From the NCBI RefSeq assembly GCF_006243315.1, contig NZ_NKWE01000017.1, positions 91,665 to 115,664 of the forward strand: DNA of 24,000 bases. The letters are read 5' to 3'. Made by a program: the position numbers and the translations under genes. This document shows positions 1 through 7,150 of this stretch, piece by piece (position 1 is the first letter of the stretch; the number at the start of each line of letters is the position of its first letter). The DNA comes from Aeromonas sobria. Its GTDB lineage: Bacteria > Pseudomonadota > Gammaproteobacteria > Enterobacterales > Aeromonadaceae. The notes under the pieces are model-generated. The model saw only the letters and a list, made by a program, of their open reading frames with translations, did no database searches and had not been told where the DNA came from.

Positions 1-989
1 ACCAGTTGCTGGCCAGCCAGTTGCACTATGAACCGGCCAAAGATTTCTGGGGGCAGGATAATCTCACTATCACCACCTCGGATCAGGGCAACAGCGGTGC
101 TGGCGGTGCGAAAACCGACACCGATCAGCTGGCTATAACGGTCACGGCCGAGCCGGATATGCCGAGTCTGACGGTGGATCAGCATGCGTTCCATGCCTTG
201 CAGGGGGCTGTGATCCCGCTGGGTCTCAACGCTAGCGTGGTCAATCCGGCAACCGGCGAGCTCTCCATCCGCATCAGTGGGCTGGGTGGGGCTCAGGTGC
301 AGGATGAGCATGGCCAGAGCGTCGGCCATGCCGATGGCAATGGCGACTGGCTGATCCCGGCCGATCACTCGGTTCCGCTCTACTTCAGCGGTTTTGGCGC
401 GGGTGATCATGTGCTGGGGATTAGTGCCGAGTCCAGTGTTGGCGGTTCAACCGTTAGCACGCCCCTTGATACCATCACGGTGCACGGCCAGAGTGGCCAT
501 GAGCTGGTCGGTTCCGATCAGGGGGATTGGCTGTTTGGCTCCTCCGGTGATGACCGCTTGTTTGGTGGTCAGGGTAACGATCTGCTCCATGGCGGTCATG
601 GTAATGACATCCTCACCGGTGGGGCTGGCAGCGATCTCTTCGTCTGGCAGCACGGTGATGAGGGGAGTCAGGGTCAGCCCGCGATCGATACCATCACCGA
701 CTTCCACCCGGAGCAGGGGGACAAGATCGATCTGGCCGACATGCTGCAGGGGGGCCCGGGAGCCAGCGTCGAAAGTCTGCTGAATAACCTCTCGGCGTCA
801 GTGACGACCGGCAGCAATGGTCTCAGTGATGTGAGTCTCTCGGTGGCACCGGCAGGGGATGGGCAGGTAACCCAGCAGATCACCCTGAAGGATGTGGACT
901 TGAGCAGCTGGCATCTGGCCACTACCTCGTCTCACGATGTGCTGCAGAGCATGCTGGATAACCACAGTCTGATCATTCAGCACCCCTGA
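1..989 (+). CDS. C-terminal part of a large RTX-type secreted repeat protein/adhesin (5' end outside window) with Ca-binding nonapeptide repeats and a type I secretion C-terminal target domain
   Basis: The frame is open from the window edge to TGA at 987-989. Gly/Asp nonapeptide repeats LFGSSGDDRLFGGQGNDLLHGGHGNDILTGGAGSDLFVW lie at about nt 531-644. They are followed by DTITDFHPEQGDKIDLADML, the pattern I recall for T1SS C-terminal target domains. The protein is acidic, lacks Cys and is rich in Ser/Thr/Gly. Confidence 0.85.
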   Translation, partial: QLLASQLHYEPAKDFWGQDNLTITTSDQGNSGAGGAKTDTDQLAITVTAEPDMPSLTVDQHAFHALQGAVIPLGLNASVVNPATGELSIRISGLGGAQVQDEHGQSVGHADGNGDWLIPADHSVPLYFSGFGAGDHVLGISAESSVGGSTVSTPLDTITVHGQSGHELVGSDQGDWLFGSSGDDRLFGGQGNDLLHGGHGNDILTGGAGSDLFVWQHGDEGSQGQPAIDTITDFHPEQGDKIDLADMLQGGPGASVESLLNNLSASVTTGSNGLSDVSLSVAPAGDGQVTQQITLKDVDLSSWHLATTSSHDVLQSMLDNHSLIIQHP

Positions 990-1030
990 TAGTGTGGTGG
1001 TCTTTTTGAGGCCGACTTTACGTGGTGTGT

Positions 1031-1058
1031 TGCATGGGGCGCTTCGGTGCCCCATGCA
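1031..1058. other. GC-rich hairpin with a TTCG (UUCG) tetraloop between convergent genes; possible RNA-stabilising or termination element
   Basis: The sequence is tgcatggggc-gc-ttcg-gt-gccccatgca. It forms 10 perfect bp plus C-G and G-U closing pairs around TTCG. No flanking T-run on either strand, so it is not a canonical intrinsic terminator. Confidence 0.35.
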
Positions 1059-1169
1059 CATACTGTCTGATCGCAAAACCCTTCCGTGAGTTGATGGCTG
1101 ATTGCCACGGCGCCGCAAGCAGGCCGTCGCGGTTATCCATAGCGTTAATGAGGCGGGATATTAATGCGC

Positions 1170-2690
1170 CTAAAGCTGCTCAAGGTGGATCAAATGGTGT
1201 TCTGCGCTGGCCAATATGGTTTGTTGTTGTGGCTCGGGTTGCCCATCCCAATTGGCATAGGGCAGGGCGAGGCGGGGATTGCTGCCAAGTTTATCCCGAT
1301 TGCGCCATAAAAAGTGCCAATAGAGGCTGTTGAACGGGCAACTCCCCTCACCGCTGCGGGCCTTGACCTGATAGTGACACCCTTTGCAGTAGTGGCCCAT
1401 CCGCTCGAGATAAGCGCCGCTGCTGACGTAGGGCTTGCTGCCCATCAGGCCGCCATCGGCAAACTGACTCATGCCGCGGGTATTGGGTAGCTCCACCCAC
1501 TCGATGGCATCGACATAGATCCCCAGATACCACTCATCGACCTGGTCAGGATCTATCCCCGCCAGCAGGGCAAAGTTGCCAGTCACCATCAGTCGCTGAA
1601 TATGGTGGGCGTAGCCGTGCTCCAAAGACTGGCTTATGGCGTGGCGCACGCAGGCCATCCTGGTCTCCCCGCTCCAGAAAAAGCTGGGCAGCGGCCGATT
1701 TGCACCCAGAAAATTGCTGCTGCCATAGGCGGGCATTTTTTCCCAATAGAGGGCGCGGACAAACTCGCGCCAGCCAAGGATCTGGCGAATAAAGCCCTCC
1801 ACCTGCGCCAGGGTGATGGTGTCCTGATTGGCCTGCCAGTGGGATTGCGCGGCGCGGATCACCTCGAGGGGGTGGAGCATTTTGCTGTTGAGGGAAAACG
1901 ACAAGCGGCTGTGAAACAGACTCCAGCCTCGCTCGCTCAGGGCATCCTGATAGCGGCCAAAGTGCGGCAGGCAGTGCGTCAGAAAGTGCTCCAGCAGCTC
2001 GCGGCTCTGGCGCCGGCTGATGGGCCACGGCAGTTTGCTGGCATCGGCGCTCCCCAGCGTCTTGACCCCGTGACGGGTCAGCATGGCATCAATCTCGCTC
2101 ACCTCGTTGGCAAAAAGCAGGGGGGTGGGAATGGGCTGACGCTCCGGCAGCTTGGCACGATTCTCGTCATCAAAATTCCAGCGCCCGCCAAGGGGTTTGC
2201 CGTCCTCATCCAGCAACACCTTGTATTGCTTGCGCAGGGCGCGGTAGAAAAACTCCATCCGGCTGTGGGGGTAGCGCTGCCAGCCATCGCGGGGGGTGAG
2301 AAAATGCTCGCTCTCCACCTCGGCGGTCGGCATGGCAAGGCCCGCTGCCCAGCTTTTCAACTGGCTTGCGAGGCGCCACTCATCCGGGCTCTGCCAGGCA
2401 AAGCTGCTGGCCTGATGGGCAATGAGCTGGGCCTCCAGCAAAGTGGGCAAATCGGGCCAGCGGGCGCTCTCATCAAGGGTCAGGTAACAGACGTTATGGC
2501 CCGCCTGGGTGAGGGCGGCGGCGAAGGCGCGCATGGCGGCAAAGAAGGCCAGCACCTTCTGGCGATGGTGGCGGCAGTAGTCGGTCTCTTGGTGCAGTTC
2601 TGCCATCACATAGCAGACTGCCGGATCCGGGGTGCGAAACCAGCTGTGACCGGCGTTCAGCTGATCGCCGAGTACAAGGCGTAGCTCCAT
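1170..2690 (-). CDS. Cryptochrome/photolyase-family protein of the FeS-BCP type (CryB/PhrB-like, probable (6-4) photolyase)
   Basis: The ORF is 506 aa and starts [13 protein letters not shown] recall this N-terminus and the overall layout from COG3046 photolyase-related proteins. Four Cys are placed as in the PhrB [4Fe-4S] ligands (RMACVRHAI; YCKGCHY; GSCPFNSLYWHFL). The antisense 360-aa ORF (1602..2684 +) is a GC shadow. Confidence 0.85.
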   Translation of the reverse strand: MELRLVLGDQLNAGHSWFRTPDPAVCYVMAELHQETDYCRHHRQKVLAFFAAMRAFAAALTQAGHNVCYLTLDESARWPDLPTLLEAQLIAHQASSFAWQSPDEWRLASQLKSWAAGLAMPTAEVESEHFLTPRDGWQRYPHSRMEFFYRALRKQYKVLLDEDGKPLGGRWNFDDENRAKLPERQPIPTPLLFANEVSEIDAMLTRHGVKTLGSADASKLPWPISRRQSRELLEHFLTHCLPHFGRYQDALSERGWSLFHSRLSFSLNSKMLHPLEVIRAAQSHWQANQDTITLAQVEGFIRQILGWREFVRALYWEKMPAYGSSNFLGANRPLPSFFWSGETRMACVRHAISQSLEHGYAHHIQRLMVTGNFALLAGIDPDQVDEWYLGIYVDAIEWVELPNTRGMSQFADGGLMGSKPYVSSGAYLERMGHYCKGCHYQVKARSGEGSCPFNSLYWHFLWRNRDKLGSNPRLALPYANWDGQPEPQQQTILASAEHHLIHLEQL

Positions 2691-2854
2691 CAGGCTTGCT
2701 CCCCATTATGTTGACGGCTGCGGTGACGAGCGTGGCGACAGCGCTCGCTGCAGTAGCGCACCTCCTCCCAGCTGTGTGCCCACTTGCGCCGCCAGCTGAA
2801 GGGGCGCTGGCAGACGGGGCAGTTCTTCTCGGGCAGATGGGGTTTGCGATGCAT
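2690..2854 (-). CDS. DUF2256-like small zinc-finger protein (54 aa), translationally coupled to the photolyase gene
   Basis: Translated by hand because it is below the ORF-track length cut-off: [54 protein letters not shown]. It has the CPVC...CSERC pattern. Its TGA (2692-2690) overlaps the photolyase ATG (2690-2688) as TGATG. Confidence 0.75.
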   Translation of the reverse strand: MHRKPHLPEKNCPVCQRPFSWRRKWAHSWEEVRYCSERCRHARHRSRQHNGEQA

Positions 2855-3105
2855 GATGGCTTCCGGCCTTGGCTGATGAGTGAGGTGGCGTGCACTTGGG
2901 TAAGATAACGAACAGGAGGCGGGGGCGGATCAACCTCACTGCCGGTTTGCCGCGCAGGTGCGCACTTTGTGAGCAGGCGCACAGCTAGCCGGTATGTCCC
3001 TTGTGTCGCCGAACCACCCCCGCTAACGTGGCGAAGCTGCCAGTTGGCAGCGCAATCATTTTTTTGGTAACCAACTTCTTTTTACAACCGACATGGAGGG
3101 GAGTG

Positions 3106-3201
3106 ATGCCAATTATGACAGCTACGCCCCGGGCAGCTTGCCTGCTCGCCCACTGGTATACCCGAGATCCCATTCTCACCTTCGACTTTCCTCACCGCTG
3201 A
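3106..3201 (+). CDS. tnaC: Candidate TnaC-like leader peptide (31 aa) of the tryptophanase operon
   Basis: The peptide is MPIMTATPRAACLLAHWYTRDPILTFDFPHR, with GGAGG 6 nt upstream of the ATG. Trp17, Asp21 and Pro29 reproduce the W-(+4)D-(+12)P spacing of E. coli TnaC (W12, D16, P24). Two codons follow the Pro before the stop, which I recall is also the case in Proteus TnaC. A C-rich 110-nt spacer separates it from tnaA. Confidence 0.6.
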   Translation: MPIMTATPRAACLLAHWYTRDPILTFDFPHR

Positions 3202-3311
3202 AAGGCGGCACCCGCCACTCGAGAAAACCAGCCGGACGACGCTGATCGCCCCGGTCCCGTTACCTATCCGTTTTTCACGAGCACTGGCCCCGCGCCGGTG
3301 AGGAGCCTTAT

Positions 3312-4697
3312 ATGCGTCGTATACCCGAGCCGTTTCGTATCAAGATGGTTGAACCCATCAAACAGACCACAGGTGCCGAGCGCCGCGTCGCCCTCGAGGC
3401 CGCGGGCTGGAACCCCTTCCTGCTGCTGGCCGAGGATGTCTATATCGATCTGCTGACCGACAGCGGCACCGGTGCCATGTCCGACCGCCAGTGGGCAGGC
3501 ATCATGATGGGGGATGAGGCCTATGCGGGCAGCCGCAACTTCGTCGAGCTGGAGCGCGCAGTGCGCGACATTTTCGGCTATCAACATGTGATGCCGACTC
3601 ACCAGGGGCGTGGGGCGGAGCAGATCCTCTTCCCCGAACTGGTCAAGCGCTGCAAGGGCAAGGCGCCGGTGTTTATCTCCAACTATCACTTCGACACCAC
3701 CAAGGCCCACGTGGAGTTGGCTGGCGCGCGGGCCATCAACCTGCTCACCCCGAAAGCCCTCGACACCACGGCCCCTTATGCCTGGAAGGGAGATTTTGAT
3801 CTCGGTCGCCTGACCGACACCATCGAGACTCTGGGGGCCGACAACGTGGCCGGTGTGATCATCACGGTCACTTGCAACAGCGCCGGTGGCCAGCCGGTCT
3901 CCATGGCCAATATGCAGGCGGTCTCCGAGCTGGCCCGTCGCCACCATATTCCGGTGGTGATCGATGCCGCCCGCTTTGCCGAAAACGCCTGGTTTATCAA
4001 GGAGCGCGACCCGGCTTATGCCAAGAGCAGCATCAAGGAGATAGTGCGCCAAATGTTTGCGCTGGGGGACATGTTCACCATGTCGGCCAAGAAGGACGGG
4101 CTGGTCAATATCGGCGGGCTCTGCTGCTTTAAGGAAGATCTTGACCTGTTCCGCGCGGTGCAGGTGCGCTGTGTGGCGATGGAGGGGTTTGTCACTTATG
4201 GCGGTCTCGCCGGGCGGGATATGGCGGCGCTCGCCATCGGCCTGCGGGAGGGAATGGATGAGGAGTATCTCACTTATCGCATCAGTCAGGTGGCTTATCT
4301 CGGTGAGCGGTTGGTCGAGGCAGGGATCCCCATCCAGACCCCCACCGGCGGCCATGCGGTGTTTGTCGATGCCAAAAAGCTGCTGCCCCATATTCCGGCC
4401 GAGCAGTTCCCGGCCCATGCGCTCGCCTGTGCGCTCTATCTGGAAGGGGGCGTGCGCGGGGTGGAGATCGGCTCCCTGCTGCTGGGGCGTGATCCCGCCA
4501 CCGGTAAGCAGGAAGCGGCGGACTTTGAGCTGCTGCGCCTCACCATTCCACGGCGGGTCTACACCCGGGATCACATGGACTATGTGGCCGACTGCCTGAT
4601 CGCGGTGAAAGCGCGGGCCAGCGACATTCGCGGGCTCACTTTTGACTACGAGCCGCCGCTGTTGCGCCACTTCACCGCACGGCTCAAGCCGGTTTGA
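3312..4697 (+). CDS. tnaA: Tryptophanase (tryptophan indole-lyase; beta-eliminating lyase family)
   Basis: The 461-aa product is collinear with E. coli TnaA as recalled: [51 protein letters not shown] (PLP Lys region), [24 protein letters not shown] and [16 protein letters not shown] lies 6 nt upstream of the ATG. Some segments resemble tyrosine phenol-lyase equally well, so substrate assignment rests partly on the Trp-containing leader. Confidence 0.85.
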   Translation: MRRIPEPFRIKMVEPIKQTTGAERRVALEAAGWNPFLLLAEDVYIDLLTDSGTGAMSDRQWAGIMMGDEAYAGSRNFVELERAVRDIFGYQHVMPTHQGRGAEQILFPELVKRCKGKAPVFISNYHFDTTKAHVELAGARAINLLTPKALDTTAPYAWKGDFDLGRLTDTIETLGADNVAGVIITVTCNSAGGQPVSMANMQAVSELARRHHIPVVIDAARFAENAWFIKERDPAYAKSSIKEIVRQMFALGDMFTMSAKKDGLVNIGGLCCFKEDLDLFRAVQVRCVAMEGFVTYGGLAGRDMAALAIGLREGMDEEYLTYRISQVAYLGERLVEAGIPIQTPTGGHAVFVDAKKLLPHIPAEQFPAHALACALYLEGGVRGVEIGSLLLGRDPATGKQEAADFELLRLTIPRRVYTRDHMDYVADCLIAVKARASDIRGLTFDYEPPLLRHFTARLKPV

Positions 4698-4713
4698 TCA
4701 GCAACCGGCTTGA
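4684..4713 (+). other. Perfect 11-bp-stem hairpin holding the tnaA stop codon in its loop
   Basis: TCAAGCCGGTT (4684-4694), loop TGATCAGC (4695-4702, containing the TGA stop), AACCGGCTTGA (4703-4713). No T-run follows. Confidence 0.3.
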
Positions 4714-4774
4714 AGGGGTGATCAACCGCGCAGAGCGGTGAAGATCAAGGGCAGTTCCCGGTTAAACCGCCTAG

Positions 4775-4812
4775 TAAAAAAGCCCCCGCACCAAGGTGCG
4801 GGGGCTTTTGTT
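4775..4812. terminator. Bidirectional rho-independent terminator shared by convergent tnaA and cdd
   Basis: AAAAAA, then AGCCCCCGCAC (4781-4791), loop CAAG, GTGCGGGGGCT (4796-4806), then TTTTGTTTAT. The 11-bp GC-rich stem has an A-run on one side and a T-run on the other. Confidence 0.85.
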
Positions 4813-4831
4813 TATCGAGGCGGAGCAGGGG

Positions 4832-5716
4832 TTAGACCGCCTGATACTCAAGCTCGACGGAGCCCAGCGCCTTGAGGGTGGACTGGGCGGAGTCACGCTG
4901 GCTGATCTGGCCGTTTTTGTTCTCCAGCAGCACGGCGCGGGTGACGGTGGCGAGATCTTCACCGCCCAATACCGCGTGGGCACAGGCCATCTGCATCGGC
5001 GGCAGGCTGGGGTTGAAGGCAGCGTTCTCGGCGTAACGGCCAGTGAACATACGGCCATCGGCAAACTGCAGCGCCACTGCGGCATAGCCTTGGCTGTAAG
5101 GGGCATAGCTTTGACGGGCGGCGGCCAGCACGGCTTGCCACAGCGGGTCTTCGCTCTCCAGCGTTAGCTCGGCGTGATCCTGCGGGCTCATCAGCGCATC
5201 CGTGATATCGAGATCCGCCGGGCCGAACGAGTGGGGCAGGAAGGATTGCAGGGTGCTCAAGTCATCGGGCAGAGAAACTTTGAGGATCTTGGCGGTGCTC
5301 AGCTCGTTCATAAACTGACGGCAGTGGCCACAGGGGGTGTAGTTGACGGTGATCTCGCTGATCCCGGTCTCGCCGCCCAGCCAGGCGTTGGAGATGGCAG
5401 ACTGCTCGGCATGGACCGAGTGGAACAGACCTTGCCCCGCGAACTCCATGTTGGCGCCGAAGTACCAGCTGCCGCTCAGGCCGCAGGCGATGGCACCGAC
5501 ATAAAATTTGGAGATGGGCGCCACCGAACAGGCGGCAGCCAGTGGCAACAGGGCGAGACGCAGAGCGCGCTCATCCAGCCCGGTGGCGGTTTTCAGTGTG
5601 GCGACTTGCTCCGGGGTGAAACGGGCATTGAAGTCGGCACTATCCAGCATGGGCTGTACGGCTGCTTTGAGCGGAGCAGAGAGGGTATCGAATGGCTTGG
5701 CAAAACGGGGATGCAT
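4832..5716 (-). CDS. cdd: Cytidine deaminase (dimeric two-domain type)
   Basis: The product is 294 aa, the same length as E. coli Cdd, and is collinear with it: MHPRF..., FGANMEF, VHAEQSAI, NYTPCGHCRQFMNEL (zinc site) and YAENAAFNPSLPP. GAGGA lies 6 nt upstream of the ATG. Confidence 0.95.
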   Translation of the reverse strand: MHPRFAKPFDTLSAPLKAAVQPMLDSADFNARFTPEQVATLKTATGLDERALRLALLPLAAACSVAPISKFYVGAIACGLSGSWYFGANMEFAGQGLFHSVHAEQSAISNAWLGGETGISEITVNYTPCGHCRQFMNELSTAKILKVSLPDDLSTLQSFLPHSFGPADLDITDALMSPQDHAELTLESEDPLWQAVLAAARQSYAPYSQGYAAVALQFADGRMFTGRYAENAAFNPSLPPMQMACAHAVLGGEDLATVTRAVLLENKNGQISQRDSAQSTLKALGSVELEYQAV

Positions 5717-5746
5717 AGTGTGTCCTCAAAGGCCAATTGGGCGGCC

Positions 5747-5792
5747 ATTGTAGGGAGCCAGCTCGGGTAATTATGTGAGCAGGCTCACGCCC
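5747..5792 (-). promoter_or_regulatory. Putative class-II CRP-dependent cdd promoter (CRP site plus -10 box)
   Basis: ttaTGTGAgcaggcTCACGccc (5771-5792) matches the CRP consensus TGTGA-N6-TCACA at 9 of 10 core positions. On the minus strand a TACAAT box lies at 5752-5747. If the TSS is near 5740, the CRP site centre (5781.5) falls at about -41.5. E. coli cdd is known to be CRP/CytR controlled. Confidence 0.5.
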
Positions 5793-5858
5793 TGACGGGC
5801 AAACGGAGGGAGATGGTAATGGAAACGTTTGTCTTGTGCAAATTGTGCGGCAGGTCGC

Positions 5859-5888
5859 ACCCCGAGAGGCCTGCAGGCCTCTCGGGGT
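5859..5888. repeat. 30-nt perfect palindrome (GC-rich hairpin) downstream of yohK and upstream of the cdd promoter
   Basis: The sequence accccgagaggcctg|caggcctctcggggt is fully self-complementary. No U-tract on either side, so it may be a REP-like element or a factor-dependent/partial terminator. Confidence 0.6.
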
Positions 5889-5926
5889 CGTCAATAGATG
5901 GTCAATCTGTGGTCAATTTCTGGTCA
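5889..5926. repeat. Four phased copies of (C/G)GTCA(AT) with exact 11-bp periodicity
   Basis: cGTCAATagat, gGTCAATctgt, gGTCAATttct and gGTCAgcagt start at 5889, 5900, 5911 and 5922. The array sits directly next to the palindrome and 10 nt from the yohK stop codon. Confidence 0.5.
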
Positions 5927-5935
5927 GCAGTACGA

Positions 5936-6622
5936 TCAGATCAGCCAGTGATAGATGGCAAACAGCAGGGGGGCGACGGCAGCGGTGAGGATCCCGCACA
6001 CCACCATGGCCAGCGACGCAAAGGCTCCCTGGGTGATCCCCTTCTCGGCGGAGGTGGCGGTGCCGATGGCGTGGGCGCAGGCCCCCATGGCCAGACCTTG
6101 GGCTTCCGGATCGGTTACTTTCAGCAGTTTGAGCAATGGGTAGCCGATCAGCGCGCCGACAATCCCCACCACCACCACCACAGCCGCCGCGATAGCGGGA
6201 ATACCGCCGATGGAGTGGCTGACACTCATGGCGAGCGGGGTGGTGATGGATTTGGTGGCCAATGAAGCCAGCAGTGCCGGATCTGCGCCCATAAAGTGAC
6301 CGATCAGCAGGGTTGTGCACACCGAGATCAAGACGGAGGCGAGGGTACAGATTAGGATGGGCTTGAGCTTGGCCTGAATTTGGCGTGCCTGCTGATAGAG
6401 CGGCAGCGCCAGCGCCACCACGGCGGGTTCCAGCAGCATGGTAATGGGGCTGCTGCCGCGCTCGTACTGTTCAAGGGGCAGATCAAACCAGAGCAGCAGG
6501 CCGATGATCACCGCGGTCGGCACCAGCACCGGATTGATGATGGGCCAGGGCAGGCGGCGATAGAGGGCGCGGGTGGTGAAATAGAGCGTCAGGGTTAGGG
6601 GGATCGCGCACCAGAAGATCAT
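5936..6622 (-). CDS. yohK: LrgB/CidB-family membrane protein (YohK-like)
   Basis: The 228-aa product is polytopic and hydrophobic. It overlaps the upstream LrgA-like gene by ATGA. The yohJ-yohK-cdd order and orientation match E. coli. Confidence 0.85.
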   Translation of the reverse strand: MIFWCAIPLTLTLYFTTRALYRRLPWPIINPVLVPTAVIIGLLLWFDLPLEQYERGSSPITMLLEPAVVALALPLYQQARQIQAKLKPILICTLASVLISVCTTLLIGHFMGADPALLASLATKSITTPLAMSVSHSIGGIPAIAAAVVVVVGIVGALIGYPLLKLLKVTDPEAQGLAMGACAHAIGTATSAEKGITQGAFASLAMVVCGILTAAVAPLLFAIYHWLI

Positions 6623-6975
6623 TTGTTCATCCTCTGGTAGAGCCGACCGACGGTGGCGAGGATCAGCACGATCCCGAGCACGATGCAGAGCATGATCAGG
6701 CCGAAGGATTGGCGCAGGGGCTCAAGCCAGGCCACCAGCCCCACCGCTACCGGCACGAACAGCACGCCCATGTGGCGCAGCAGCAAGCCTGCTCCCTGCT
6801 CGACCCAGTGCAGCTTTATCAGTTGCAGGGAGAGCAGCACAAACAGCAGCAGCATGCCAATGATGCTGCCGGGGAAGGCAAAAGGCAGGATGGCTGCCAC
6901 GGTTTTGCCTGCCAGCAGGCAGGCGACGATGACCATAAAGTCACGAAGGAACAGCAAGGCACGTTGCGCGATCAC
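6619..6975 (-). CDS. yohJ: LrgA/CidA-family holin-like small membrane protein (YohJ-like)
   Basis: The 118-aa product has a GTG start. PGSIIGMLLLFVLLSLQ and LFVPVAVG match my recollection of E. coli YohJ (PGSIIGMLILFVLLALQ, LFVPIGVG). Four predicted TM segments. Confidence 0.85.
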   Translation of the reverse strand: MIAQRALLFLRDFMVIVACLLAGKTVAAILPFAFPGSIIGMLLLFVLLSLQLIKLHWVEQGAGLLLRHMGVLFVPVAVGLVAWLEPLRQSFGLIMLCIVLGIVLILATVGRLYQRMNK

Positions 6976-7150
6976 GTGAGCCCCATCGACTGTGAAGAAA
7001 AATGCAGTTTACCAGAGAGGCCGGGTCGCGGCATTAAAACAATAACAACTGAAATCAGTTCGTTTGAAGCTGATTTGTATGACGATGATCTGTTGAACAA
7101 TCTTTTGAACATCGTCTGATAGCACCCTTTTCGAACTACAAGGAGTAGTG

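Noticed and set aside
1602-2684. 360-aa plus-strand ORF inside the photolyase gene
   Set aside because: It is an antisense shadow of the FeS-BCP photolyase ORF. The translation is an Ala/Gly/Leu-rich repeat-like sequence with no domain signature.
2494-2982. 162-aa and 77-aa minus-strand ORFs (2494..2982 and 2706..2939) upstream of the photolyase gene
   Set aside because: Both are Pro/Arg/Ala-rich and overlap the photolyase start. A different minus-strand frame in the same interval gives a clean 54-aa zinc-finger protein (2690..2854) coupled to the photolyase ATG, which explains the region better.
3001-3201. Full 66-aa ORF as listed in the track
   Set aside because: Its first 35 codons run through what looks like the tna promoter and have no SD. 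The internal ATG at 3106 has GGAGG upstream and yields a TnaC-sized peptide, so only the 3' part is called.
3264-4670. 468-aa ORF on the minus strand, nearly as long as tnaA
   Set aside because: It lies exactly antisense to a confidently identified tryptophanase gene. Its composition is low-complexity and rich in Gly/Arg/Leu/His, typical of shadow ORFs in GC-rich DNA, and it has no recognisable motifs.
3312-4697. Possibility that this gene is tyrosine phenol-lyase rather than tryptophanase
   Set aside because: Several blocks ([20 protein letters not shown]; [19 protein letters not shown]) resemble TPL as much as TnaA. However, SARFAENA-type and [13 protein letters not shown] / [11 protein letters not shown] blocks follow TnaA, and a Trp-containing TnaC-like leader precedes the gene. 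The alternative is not fully excluded without an active-site alignment.
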